Virus genome (UHGV): UHGV-0332176
Origin: a virus
Length of the DNA: 64,000 bases
Reading direction: 5' to 3' (one strand)
In this document: positions 9,339 through 18,497 of the stretch, one piece after another
Position numbering within the stretch: position 1 is the first letter of the stretch
Layout of the letters: each line of letters starts with the position of its first letter
Made by a program: the position numbers and the translations under genes
The notes under the pieces: generated by a model
Told to the model about the DNA's origin: nothing
Databases searched by the model: none
What the model saw: the letters and a program-made list of their open reading frames with translations, nothing else

Positions 9339-10214
9339 TTATACCTTTACAATTTCAATATCTAATTCCCATTCAACCCAATCCATATCTGGTGTAACTA
9401 GTGGATTATTTGTACCAACACCAGAAACTGTAATCATCAATCTATTATCAAAAATTGTTGGTTCAATTTCCCAATTTAAAGCCTGTCCAGAAGTTTTACC
9501 AATTAATTCAAAATTAGGTTGTCCTACAATAATAACTTCATTTGCACCATTTGATAACTTATGAGATTCAACTAATAATCTAACTATCCAAGAAGCAGTT
9601 TCTGGATTTCTAATACCAAATTCAGGATTAGACATTTTATCCATTTTTTCTTTAGCTACAGCTTTAATTGTTACCAAATTTGCTGATTCTTCTTGAATGT
9701 CAATTTGAATATTAGCACTTGTTATATCACCAGTTGATTGTAAAATTGTTGAAATATTTTCTTTATTATAATAATTTTGTGGTCCAATTAATACCCAACC
9801 ACCATTATCTCCAACTGTATCATCATAAACATAGAATTTTTTTTCTTCTTTATTATAGTAAATATCTCCTGCTTGATGAGAACCAGTATCGGTAAAATTA
9901 ATAGATAGAATTTTTTTCCATCGTTCATCTTCAATATCAGATGTTTCATTAACACACATATACATACCGTTATAATCACTATCAAGTCTAAAACATAACA
10001 TACCGACAACTGGGTCAGTCGGAAATTTTTCATTTGCAAAATTTTCAACTAAATGAAAAAAATTGTTAGATTGGTCTTCACCATAATCAGCTGATAATTT
10101 ACCAATCAATGATAGATAAGCTGAATTTTTATCTAAAACATTAATAATTTTACTATCAGGAATAAGACCTTGTGAATATTGTGAACCATTTGTTCGTGTA
10201 ATTTGATATGTCAT
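9339..10214 (-). CDS. Hypothetical virion protein (baseplate-associated by context), 291 aa
   Basis: ORF immediately downstream of the gp6-like gene. Confidence 0.3.
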   Translation of the reverse strand: MTYQITRTNGSQYSQGLIPDSKIINVLDKNSAYLSLIGKLSADYGEDQSNNFFHLVENFANEKFPTDPVVGMLCFRLDSDYNGMYMCVNETSDIEDERWKKILSINFTDTGSHQAGDIYYNKEEKKFYVYDDTVGDNGGWVLIGPQNYYNKENISTILQSTGDITSANIQIDIQEESANLVTIKAVAKEKMDKMSNPEFGIRNPETASWIVRLLVESHKLSNGANEVIIVGQPNFELIGKTSGQALNWEIEPTIFDNRLMITVSGVGTNNPLVTPDMDWVEWELDIEIVKV

Positions 10215-10249
10215 ATGCTAATCCTATTAATCTTTATAATTATTTACCA

Positions 10250-13200
10250 CTACTCACCAATTCTAATATTGTGTTCAGTAATTTTTGTAATAATTTGAAC
10301 ATCATCAATTGAAGCAGATGATAATAAAATTTCATCTTCTTCACATTCAATTTCAAATAAATTACCAAATTTATCATCTGAATATGTTGGAACAATTACA
10401 ACAGTACCAATATTTTGCTGTAATTTTTGATGAACATAAGTTGATAATTGTGTAAAGAAAAATTTTTCTCCTGCTTCCATTGTTGCAAAAAATTCATCAA
10501 CTGCTTGAATAACTTGTTGTTTAATTTCATTATCACTCATAGTAGTTGTTTCATTTTTAATAACTCTAAAATTAGCTTTAAATTCATTATCAGATTCATT
10601 ACCAAATAAAACTTTATAACTTATTGGATGCCATACCATTGTATCAGATACCATACAATAATTTTCTAATTCAGCAAATAATGATTTTAATTCATAAGCA
10701 GATGGTAATTTAGGAAATGTACCTTTTTTACCATTTTTTAACCATTCTTGAACAGATTCATAATACGTATTAGTTAATACATACATATCCATAATATTTG
10801 TTGGACAAGGGTCAATTACATAAGATGAAGATGCATAATGTTTCCATAAAAACAATAAATTATCAATACCAGTTCTAATATAATAACTATCATTACTATA
10901 ACGTTCCATAGTTTTATACATAGAATTCCAATATACTAATTGAGAACCTATTTCAACATCTTTAATTAATGTTGTATTACCTTCTATATCTGTTGTCCAT
11001 TCAACTTCGTGTCCATCATAAACAACATCTACATCATATTTTTCACCTTTATTGAAAGTAAAAGGATTTGATGGTGTCCATTCATATATTACACCATTAG
11101 ATAATTTTACTTTTTTGCTAACAGTTACAGATACTGGTAAAACAGTTCCTGCTGGAAAAATTGTTCCACCTGTTTGACAATAATATAAACTTGATTCTGT
11201 TGTATGACCCCATAAGCTATCAATTTCTTGAACAGAACTATCAAAAGAACCATATTCATCATTTGTTTTTAAAAAGAATAAATTCTTTTCACCAATTGAT
11301 GTAATTTCACTAAATTGACGTGGATTATCAGAAGTAGAATCTTTATCAGAATCATAACTTGAAACTTTAAATTGATATGGGTCAGTATAACCATCAGGAT
11401 ATTTAATTGTTTCAATTGGCTTCCAATAATAATCTTCAGATAAATTTTTATTATTGTTTGAATTCGTTTTTAAAACTTTAATATAATCACTTGTTATAAA
11501 TGATGCATTATCATCACTTTTATCATTTGTATTAAAAAAGAAAGCAACTTTTTTATCAGAACCAAAAATATAATCTAAATAGCGAACAGTATAATTCCAA
11601 GATTGAGATGAATCATATTTAACTTTCATTATCCAGTTTTTATATAACCCACTATCAGTATAAGGATTTTCATAATCAAAATCCAATGAATCATCGGCTA
11701 ATGTATCATAATCTAAAACATTCCAACGTTGATTAATATAATCATAAGATAAACCGAAAGAAACTTTATCTTCAATTTTATTTGAAATTTCATAACGAGC
11801 TTGAGCATTTAATGAAATAGTAAAGTTTTTATAACCACCTTTAGCATACCATTTATAATTTGGGTCTAAAACTTCATTAATTGTAACTGAATATTCTTCT
11901 TCACTTTCATCACTTGTTGTTATATTAGTGATTTTTGCCCATATTTCACCATCATAACCATCTGCTTGGAATTTTATCATATATCCAACTTGCATTTGTT
12001 TTAAAATTTCTGATTTAGGAACAACAACGCCTGTTGTTAATGTTTCTTCACCAACATCAACCATAAATCTACCAACTGAACTATTTAATCCAGTTGTATA
12101 AGTTTCATTCCAAAATAATTCTTTTGAAGAATATGAATAAGAATTTTCAGGATAATATGAATAAAAGAAATTATTTAAACTATTTGAAGATAATAATGTT
12201 TCTATTGTATTAATAATTTGAGTTGTATTTGTTGTATCTTCAATAGCTGTTTCAGTCATATATAACACATCTTGTTTATATACATAACCATCTTCGGCTA
12301 AAATATTTAAATCTTGATATGTTCCTGTTGGGTCATTAAAATTAATATAACGGGAATTTCCAGAATAAGTTCTATTAATTGCTTTTAAAACTCTAACTTG
12401 TTGTCCAATAGATTTTGGAAAATAATTATAGTCTTGAGCTGTAACCATTCTATTTTGTGTTGAATATACTTGTGGTGCTCTTTCACGAATATATTCCATA
12501 GATTCTTGTGTAACTGATTGTCTAATATGTGATGCATCTGTAACACTAAACACTAATGTTAAATAGTAAATGTTATCATCAGATGTATTATTTGACTTAT
12601 ATGGAATTTTAATTGTTATATCTTGAATATCTGTTGGTTTTAAATATAAATTATCATTACCATTTGATACACGATACCATAATTTAAACATACCAACTGG
12701 TATTGTTCCAAATTTACCATCTGAAAATCTTAATGTAATTCTATCATTTTCTCGTGTTTCAACTTTAAAAATATTGCGAATTGTTGTATCAGTATTATTA
12801 TAAACAAGATATTCATTATTTGCTATTTTTGTCCAAACATCTTTAACTAAACCAGTAGAAATATCTAATTCTTCAAACCAAACATCATATTCATTAATAT
12901 TATCTTTATTAACATCAATTGAATAGTTTTCAACTTTTTGAGAAATGATTTGATTTTCATACTGTAAAGTACCTTGTTTCCAATAAACAAAGAAACCTGT
13001 ATTTGTTGAACCATTTCCTGTACCATCATTACGATATAATAAATGAAATGCTTGTTCAGGAATTGGATTTCTTTCTTCAATTTGAGATAATTCACTATTA
13101 ATGTCTGGATTAACAACTTCAAATTGTTGTGTTGTAGCATTTACTTGTGAAGTAAATGGGAAAACAGTATTAGAAATTGTTGTAGTATTCATTTGATACA

Positions 13201-13741
13201 ATTGAGTAGTAATATTATCAACAGTTTCTCGTTTTAATGGTTTTCCATATGGATTATTTGACACAAATGATGCATTCATAACAGTTAAAAATTGTTCTAA
13301 CCAATCTGGATTTGAAGCATCATTCCAAAGAATAGGTGTATCTTTTAAAATATTACCAGATGTATCAGTAATATTTTGAGATGTTGTAATAGATTTAATT
13401 TTAGCAATACCTGTTGCACAAATATTTCTTTTTGGAGAATAAGACAACATTTTTGTAAAATCTAATAAAGATTGTCTTCTTTCTGTTGTTGAAGGGAAAA
13501 CATCGTGAGCATTTAAATCAACACGATAATGGATTGTTTCTCCAAGATATGATAACCCATTTGAAAACATTCCAACTTCTGAAGATTCAGCCCAATCATT
13601 ATAATTTTCTGGATTTTGACTTGCAATATATCTTCTAATAACATTTTTTAATGAATCAAAATCACCTGCAACAAAATTAACAACTGATTGATATTTTTCA
13701 TAAACATCAGTCCAAGATTGTGCATAATTTGTAATTGCCAT
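10250..13741 (-). CDS. Baseplate wedge protein, gp6-like, enlarged to 1163 aa
   Basis: The N-terminal ~120 aa follow the T4 gp6 N-terminal pattern (F.G.F..IK.N.I....QN...Y......S....L......N...E.F....R.S.....GY.P). Late promoter upstream. Confidence 0.45.
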   Translation of the reverse strand: MAITNYAQSWTDVYEKYQSVVNFVAGDFDSLKNVIRRYIASQNPENYNDWAESSEVGMFSNGLSYLGETIHYRVDLNAHDVFPSTTERRQSLLDFTKMLSYSPKRNICATGIAKIKSITTSQNITDTSGNILKDTPILWNDASNPDWLEQFLTVMNASFVSNNPYGKPLKRETVDNITTQLYQMNTTTISNTVFPFTSQVNATTQQFEVVNPDINSELSQIEERNPIPEQAFHLLYRNDGTGNGSTNTGFFVYWKQGTLQYENQIISQKVENYSIDVNKDNINEYDVWFEELDISTGLVKDVWTKIANNEYLVYNNTDTTIRNIFKVETRENDRITLRFSDGKFGTIPVGMFKLWYRVSNGNDNLYLKPTDIQDITIKIPYKSNNTSDDNIYYLTLVFSVTDASHIRQSVTQESMEYIRERAPQVYSTQNRMVTAQDYNYFPKSIGQQVRVLKAINRTYSGNSRYINFNDPTGTYQDLNILAEDGYVYKQDVLYMTETAIEDTTNTTQIINTIETLLSSNSLNNFFYSYYPENSYSYSSKELFWNETYTTGLNSSVGRFMVDVGEETLTTGVVVPKSEILKQMQVGYMIKFQADGYDGEIWAKITNITTSDESEEEYSVTINEVLDPNYKWYAKGGYKNFTISLNAQARYEISNKIEDKVSFGLSYDYINQRWNVLDYDTLADDSLDFDYENPYTDSGLYKNWIMKVKYDSSQSWNYTVRYLDYIFGSDKKVAFFFNTNDKSDDNASFITSDYIKVLKTNSNNNKNLSEDYYWKPIETIKYPDGYTDPYQFKVSSYDSDKDSTSDNPRQFSEITSIGEKNLFFLKTNDEYGSFDSSVQEIDSLWGHTTESSLYYCQTGGTIFPAGTVLPVSVTVSKKVKLSNGVIYEWTPSNPFTFNKGEKYDVDVVYDGHEVEWTTDIEGNTTLIKDVEIGSQLVYWNSMYKTMERYSNDSYYIRTGIDNLLFLWKHYASSSYVIDPCPTNIMDMYVLTNTYYESVQEWLKNGKKGTFPKLPSAYELKSLFAELENYCMVSDTMVWHPISYKVLFGNESDNEFKANFRVIKNETTTMSDNEIKQQVIQAVDEFFATMEAGEKFFFTQLSTYVHQKLQQNIGTVVIVPTYSDDKFGNLFEIECEEDEILLSSASIDDVQIITKITEHNIRIGE

Positions 13742-13771
13742 TATTGTAATCCTTTAATATTCTAATAATAA

Positions 13772-13779
13772 TATTTATA
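13772..13779 (-). promoter_or_regulatory. Candidate late promoter (TATAAATA, minus strand), 30 nt upstream of the gp6-like ATG
   Basis: Exact motif. Confidence 0.4.
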
Positions 13780-13786
13780 TAAAAAT

Positions 13787-13812
13787 AAACTCCCATCTTA
13801 TTAAGGGAGTTT
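13787..13812 (-). terminator. Terminator hairpin (AAACTCCC...GGGAGTTT) downstream of the acidic-protein gene
   Basis: Inverted repeat followed by a T-rich tract on the minus strand. Confidence 0.45.
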
Positions 13813-13837
13813 ATTAAATTTTTCTTCTTATATAGAT

Positions 13838-15646
13838 TTATTTTCCTTTTTTAGCATCTAACAACATTTTACTTGCTGTTGTATATCCGACACCTTCAAG
13901 AATTAATTTTTCAATATAACGTCTATCTAATTTTAACCAATCAGCAGAATCATATTTTTTATACATTGATTTTGCAGTTTCATAAATAGATTTAATTTTT
14001 TTCTTATTAATTGTTGATTCAAATGTCATTGTTAATGGATTTTCTTTCATACCTTCAGAAGCATCTTTACCAAAAGTTGTTGTATCAACTTCGTGATAAT
14101 CAGGTTCATTTCCTTGTTCATCTGTATCATCATTAGCAAATAATGATTCATCAGTAACAGGTTCACCAACATTAGTGTTAACAGCAACTTCATCATCAGC
14201 TTCATTAATTTGAACACCTGCATTTCTTAAAATTGCATTAATATGTTCATCTAATTCATCATCCCAAAGATTTTGAGCATCCCATCTTTTAGCTACATCT
14301 TTATCATCAGAATTTGGTAAAACTTCATTTGCAGCCATTTCAGCAGCTTCCCATTCATTTTCACCATCTTTTATTAATTCTTGCCATTTTTCAAAAATTT
14401 CATTTTTATATTCTTCTAATAAATCACTATCAAATTCAGATTGTAATTCTGCGTTATCATAAAAATAATCTGACATAAATTCATCAACATTACCATATGA
14501 GCCATTAGCTAATGCAACATCATCTTGATATTCATCATATTGCCAATCTTCAATATCATCACCATCAGCTTCACCAACGATTTCTTCTGCATATTCATCT
14601 TGTTCTGCATCATCAACCATATCGTGAGCAAAATCTAATTGAGGTGTTTCTTCTAATGTTCCATCTTCATCAATAAAATCTTCACCAGGAACATTTTCTT
14701 CTGCTTCATTTAATTTTTTATCAAAATTTAAATCTTCAACACCTGCAATATCAAATGTTTCACGCATTAACATTTCTAATTCTTCATCTAATTCATCATC
14801 AAAATTATTTTTTTCATTAGCAACAACTGTTGAATCTTTTTGAGAAGGGTCTAAAACAACATCTTCATCAACTTCATCATACATACCATCGTCCATCATT
14901 GAATCCATTGGCATATCTTCAATTGAAGAATCCATATTATCATTCATTTCAGGTTGTTCATTTTCTTCTGAATTTAATTCAGGTGAATCTACAATTGCAG
15001 TATCAGCTGGTAATTCTTCATCAAATTCAATATCATCACCAGAATCATCAAAAATAGATGAAGGCATACCAATTGACATTGGTTCTTCACCCATATTAGG
15101 TTCATCTATTATTGAATCAGATGATGACATATCATCATTCATATTCATTCCCATAGGATTTGCTGTTAATGGGTCAGAAATTGTTGAATTATTTTCAGCT
15201 TGACTTGCTAATGATAGCATTTGAGATAAAGCATCAGCATCTTCTGTTTCTAAACCATTAATAGAAATATTATATTGTGCTTCATTAAGTTTATTCATTT
15301 TATTCTCCGTAATTACTGGTGTTATTTCACTTTCTGATGCTGATAGTTGTGTATTATCATCAGCATTTCTTAAAATAATATCACTTTTATTATTAATATT
15401 TATTACTTCATAATGTTTTTCAAGTGAATCTCCGTCTAATGTTACTATATCTCCAACTCTTATTTTGTCAAGTGATTCAGTATCATCTTTAACCGTTTTA
15501 TCAGCTTTTTTATAAAATTCATTATAGATAATATTTGGATTAATATTATATTGTTGACATACTACCGAAATTGCTTGTGTAACAGAAGAACCATTATTAA
15601 TTAATTCTTTAATTTTATTAAATATTTGTGTTTTATTAGACATCAA
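13838..15646 (-). CDS. Highly acidic (D/E-rich) hypothetical protein, 602 aa
   Basis: ORF with long low-complexity Asp/Glu/Met-rich tracts. Confidence 0.4.
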   Translation of the reverse strand: MMSNKTQIFNKIKELINNGSSVTQAISVVCQQYNINPNIIYNEFYKKADKTVKDDTESLDKIRVGDIVTLDGDSLEKHYEVININNKSDIILRNADDNTQLSASESEITPVITENKMNKLNEAQYNISINGLETEDADALSQMLSLASQAENNSTISDPLTANPMGMNMNDDMSSSDSIIDEPNMGEEPMSIGMPSSIFDDSGDDIEFDEELPADTAIVDSPELNSEENEQPEMNDNMDSSIEDMPMDSMMDDGMYDEVDEDVVLDPSQKDSTVVANEKNNFDDELDEELEMLMRETFDIAGVEDLNFDKKLNEAEENVPGEDFIDEDGTLEETPQLDFAHDMVDDAEQDEYAEEIVGEADGDDIEDWQYDEYQDDVALANGSYGNVDEFMSDYFYDNAELQSEFDSDLLEEYKNEIFEKWQELIKDGENEWEAAEMAANEVLPNSDDKDVAKRWDAQNLWDDELDEHINAILRNAGVQINEADDEVAVNTNVGEPVTDESLFANDDTDEQGNEPDYHEVDTTTFGKDASEGMKENPLTMTFESTINKKKIKSIYETAKSMYKKYDSADWLKLDRRYIEKLILEGVGYTTASKMLLDAKKGK

Positions 15647-15693
15647 AAATTCCTTTAAATAATAACTAAAAATATTTATTCAATATATTTAAG

Positions 15694-15701
15694 TTATAAA
15701 T
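15694..15701 (+). promoter_or_regulatory. Candidate late promoter (TATAAATA), 34 nt upstream of the ATG at 15736
   Basis: Exact motif. Confidence 0.35.
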
Positions 15702-15735
15702 ATAAACATAGGATATTCAATAAAAAGGTATAAAA

Positions 15736-17097
15736 ATGACAGTTGATGTTAATTATTGGTATAATGCTCAAGTAAGAACTATTGTTCTTCATACTCAACG
15801 TTTATTTTCAAATTTTTATATTTCAACTGGTAAAGATGAAAATGGAAAAGATAAACTTAAAAGAGTTCCTGTTATTTTTATGACAAGTGATAAATCTGTT
15901 GCATCAATAATTAATAAAAATACTGATACTATTATTGAAACTGCTCCTAAAATGGTTTTAACAATTTCAGATATTCGTTTAAATAATGATTTAATTAGTG
16001 GTTCCCCTTATTATGAATATGAAACAGAAATAACAGAAAAAAAATTTAATGATGAAAGTGGAAATTATGAATATGAACCAGGAAATTCCTATCACATTAA
16101 ACGTTTAAATCCTGTCCCTTTAGGTTTTGTTTTTAAATTATATGTGTTAACAACTAAATTAGAACAAAAATTTCAATTATTAGAACAAATTAGAGCATTA
16201 TTTTCTCCAACTCTTGAATTACAAACTTCTGAAAATCCATTAGATTGGACACGTTTAACAGCTATTACATTAACTAATTTAAATTGGTCATCAAAAGGCA
16301 TCAGTAATTTAGACTCAACAACATTAGATGCAATGGATATGACTTTTGAAGTTGATACCAACTTAGATTTACCTTCATTAGTTTCAAGAAATCGTATGAT
16401 AGAAACTATAATTATGGATATTGGACAGGCTGATACTCGTGAAAATATGTGGGGTTGGACAATGGAAGATATTATTAGAACTTATTATACTCCATCAGAT
16501 TCAACTATCATTGTTTCAAATAATAATAACATACAATTAGTACCAAATAATAAAATTAAGACGTGGTATGATTTATTTAAAATGTATGGAATAAAATATA
16601 ATAAATCTAAACATAATATATATCTTCATTGTATGATAAATTACAATATTGATGATAAAAAAGAAATCATTGGTAATATAATTGTTGATGATAATGATTC
16701 AACAAAAGCTATTTGGACAATTAATGAAGATATGCTTCCATCTACTAATTTAGAACCCGTATCTGCTATTATTGACCCACACGATACAAAGCCAAAAAAT
16801 ATTGAAGGTGAACGTTATTTATTAGCAGATGAAATTGGTAATAATACTCAACTTTGGGGTAAATTATTAAATAAAAATGGTGAAGAAATATCTTCAATAC
16901 CTGAAAATTGTATAATTGAATATCAAAATGGATTTTGGAAATTATCTTTAAATCCAATGGAAGAACCCGCAGTATATTATTTAAGAGATAATTCCGATGC
17001 GAAATATTTATATACTTGGAATGAAGATTATAATGTATGGGTTGATGTTATTAATAAAAAATATAGACCAGGATTTTGGAGAATATCTCAAATATAA
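15736..17097 (+). CDS. Hypothetical protein (probable virion/baseplate protein), 453 aa
   Basis: ORF with late-promoter motif. Confidence 0.35.
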   Translation: MTVDVNYWYNAQVRTIVLHTQRLFSNFYISTGKDENGKDKLKRVPVIFMTSDKSVASIINKNTDTIIETAPKMVLTISDIRLNNDLISGSPYYEYETEITEKKFNDESGNYEYEPGNSYHIKRLNPVPLGFVFKLYVLTTKLEQKFQLLEQIRALFSPTLELQTSENPLDWTRLTAITLTNLNWSSKGISNLDSTTLDAMDMTFEVDTNLDLPSLVSRNRMIETIIMDIGQADTRENMWGWTMEDIIRTYYTPSDSTIIVSNNNNIQLVPNNKIKTWYDLFKMYGIKYNKSKHNIYLHCMINYNIDDKKEIIGNIIVDDNDSTKAIWTINEDMLPSTNLEPVSAIIDPHDTKPKNIEGERYLLADEIGNNTQLWGKLLNKNGEEISSIPENCIIEYQNGFWKLSLNPMEEPAVYYLRDNSDAKYLYTWNEDYNVWVDVINKKYRPGFWRISQI

Positions 17098-17133
17098 TAA
17101 ATATTTTTATAATTATAAAATAAGGAATTTAGA

Positions 17134-17679
17134 ATGGCAATGGATTTAAAATCAATTTTAGAAACTATGAAGAAAACATATTCTTTCAGAGTTAAAATTG
17201 CTGCTGATATTACAGATGAAAATTTAAAAAATGTTGATACTATTTTAAATGTTAAAGGTATGACTAAAAGAACAAAACCTGAAGCATTACCCTTAGCATC
17301 AACACCTTATGATTTTCCAAGATTACAAGGATTTTTTGGAACAATTTATAAATTTGAAATGGATTTTGAATATCCAATTACTCCATCTCAAATTGTTAAT
17401 GAATTATCAACACAATTAGGTTTAGATAGAGCTTATATTGTTGTTAGAAATATTGATGCTCCTGTTGAACAGTATGAATCAACATATTTAGAATATAAAG
17501 ATGAAGATTATATTTCACAATTAGTACAAGATGAAATTGATAATAAAATCAATCCTAATGATTATTATGGTGATGAATATAATAAAGATTTAGTTAAAGC
17601 GTTACAATCAAAAGAAGCCAAAAAACATCAACAAGGTTTTACTGAATTAGATAAAAAGAAATATAAAGGTGCAGAATAA
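17134..17679 (+). CDS. Hypothetical protein, 181 aa
   Basis: ORF with SD (aaggaa) upstream. Confidence 0.4.
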   Translation: MAMDLKSILETMKKTYSFRVKIAADITDENLKNVDTILNVKGMTKRTKPEALPLASTPYDFPRLQGFFGTIYKFEMDFEYPITPSQIVNELSTQLGLDRAYIVVRNIDAPVEQYESTYLEYKDEDYISQLVQDEIDNKINPNDYYGDEYNKDLVKALQSKEAKKHQQGFTELDKKKYKGAE

Positions 17680-17680
17680 T

Positions 17681-17709
17681 AAAAAAGAGAGGATTATCCT
17701 CTCTTTTTT
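17681..17709. terminator. Bidirectional terminator hairpin (AAAAAGAGAGGATTATCCTCTCTTTTTT)
   Basis: Palindrome flanked by A/T runs between convergent genes. An almost identical sequence recurs at 42879-42908. Confidence 0.6.
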
Positions 17710-18466
17710 AAACTGTTGAACCAACAACAATTCCAACTTTAGAAGTCACATCATTTCTTCCACAAAATACAATTTTATCAGGAAATACTTTAATTTTATA
17801 TTCTTCATTAATAGACATAGCTTTAAACATATTAATAAAATATTCAACTGAAAAATACATATTATCTTTAAACTCAATATTTTCAACAATATCTGAAATT
17901 TGAATTAATCCATTATCAATTGTTTGATTTTCATTTCCAAATAATGCAAAAATTCCTTCGTTTGTACTTTTTAATCTAAAAGTTTTTTCACCAAGTAAAG
18001 AACTCATTTTACTAATATTTTTAACTACTTCATCAGTTATATAATTATCTCCTTCTCCCGAAAATTCTTTTAAATTTAATTTCTTTTTAGAATAATTATT
18101 TAATAAATCTTGTTGACTTGAAATCATATTATAACTTTGTAAATAATGATTAACTTTTAATCTTCCTGCGGAAAATGTTGCTAAATGAGGATAATTATAA
18201 TCATTATATACTAATTTTACTTTTAATTTATCTTCATTATCTCCTGAAAATGTTCCTAAAATAGAATTCATAATACTCCAATCTCGTATTGCAAATTCTT
18301 TATCTTCATAACCATCTTCATTAGATTCCGCATACGCAAATACTTTGTCATCAAATGTTCTGCAAGATATACAACAATGTTTTGTTGCAGATGGATATAC
18401 AACAACTGGTTTAAATTCAAATTTATTAAATAATTTATTTACATCTAAAAAAACTTTTTCTAACAT
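17708..18466 (-). CDS. Putative sliding clamp (gp45-like), 252 aa
   Basis: Immediately downstream of the DNA polymerase on the same strand. The C-terminal segment FSVEYFINMFKAM...KIKVF..KIVFCG resembles T4 gp45 FNFIINMANMKM..NYKLLLWAKG. Confidence 0.35.
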   Translation of the reverse strand: MLEKVFLDVNKLFNKFEFKPVVVYPSATKHCCISCRTFDDKVFAYAESNEDGYEDKEFAIRDWSIMNSILGTFSGDNEDKLKVKLVYNDYNYPHLATFSAGRLKVNHYLQSYNMISSQQDLLNNYSKKKLNLKEFSGEGDNYITDEVVKNISKMSSLLGEKTFRLKSTNEGIFALFGNENQTIDNGLIQISDIVENIEFKDNMYFSVEYFINMFKAMSINEEYKIKVFPDKIVFCGRNDVTSKVGIVVGSTV

Positions 18467-18497
18467 ATTTCTTCCTTTTTTATAATATATAAAATTT

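Noticed and set aside
9331-9564. 77-aa plus ORF, and others nested in larger genes (9788..10048, 12865..13140, 14830..15057, 16173..16361, 16769..16957, 22519..22707, 22993..23298, 26074..26331, 27048..27266, 29826..30008, 30780..31061, 31222..31437, 32422..32664, 33481..33774, 35518..35721, 35640..35903, 37561..37767, 38557..38742, 40760..40957, 42756..43079, 50281..50469, 54466..54684, 54599..54793, 56107..56322, 57487..57696, 58979..59170, 60573..60947)
   Set aside because: All lie inside or antisense to long, motif-supported genes. Their translations are low-complexity AT-codon artefacts.
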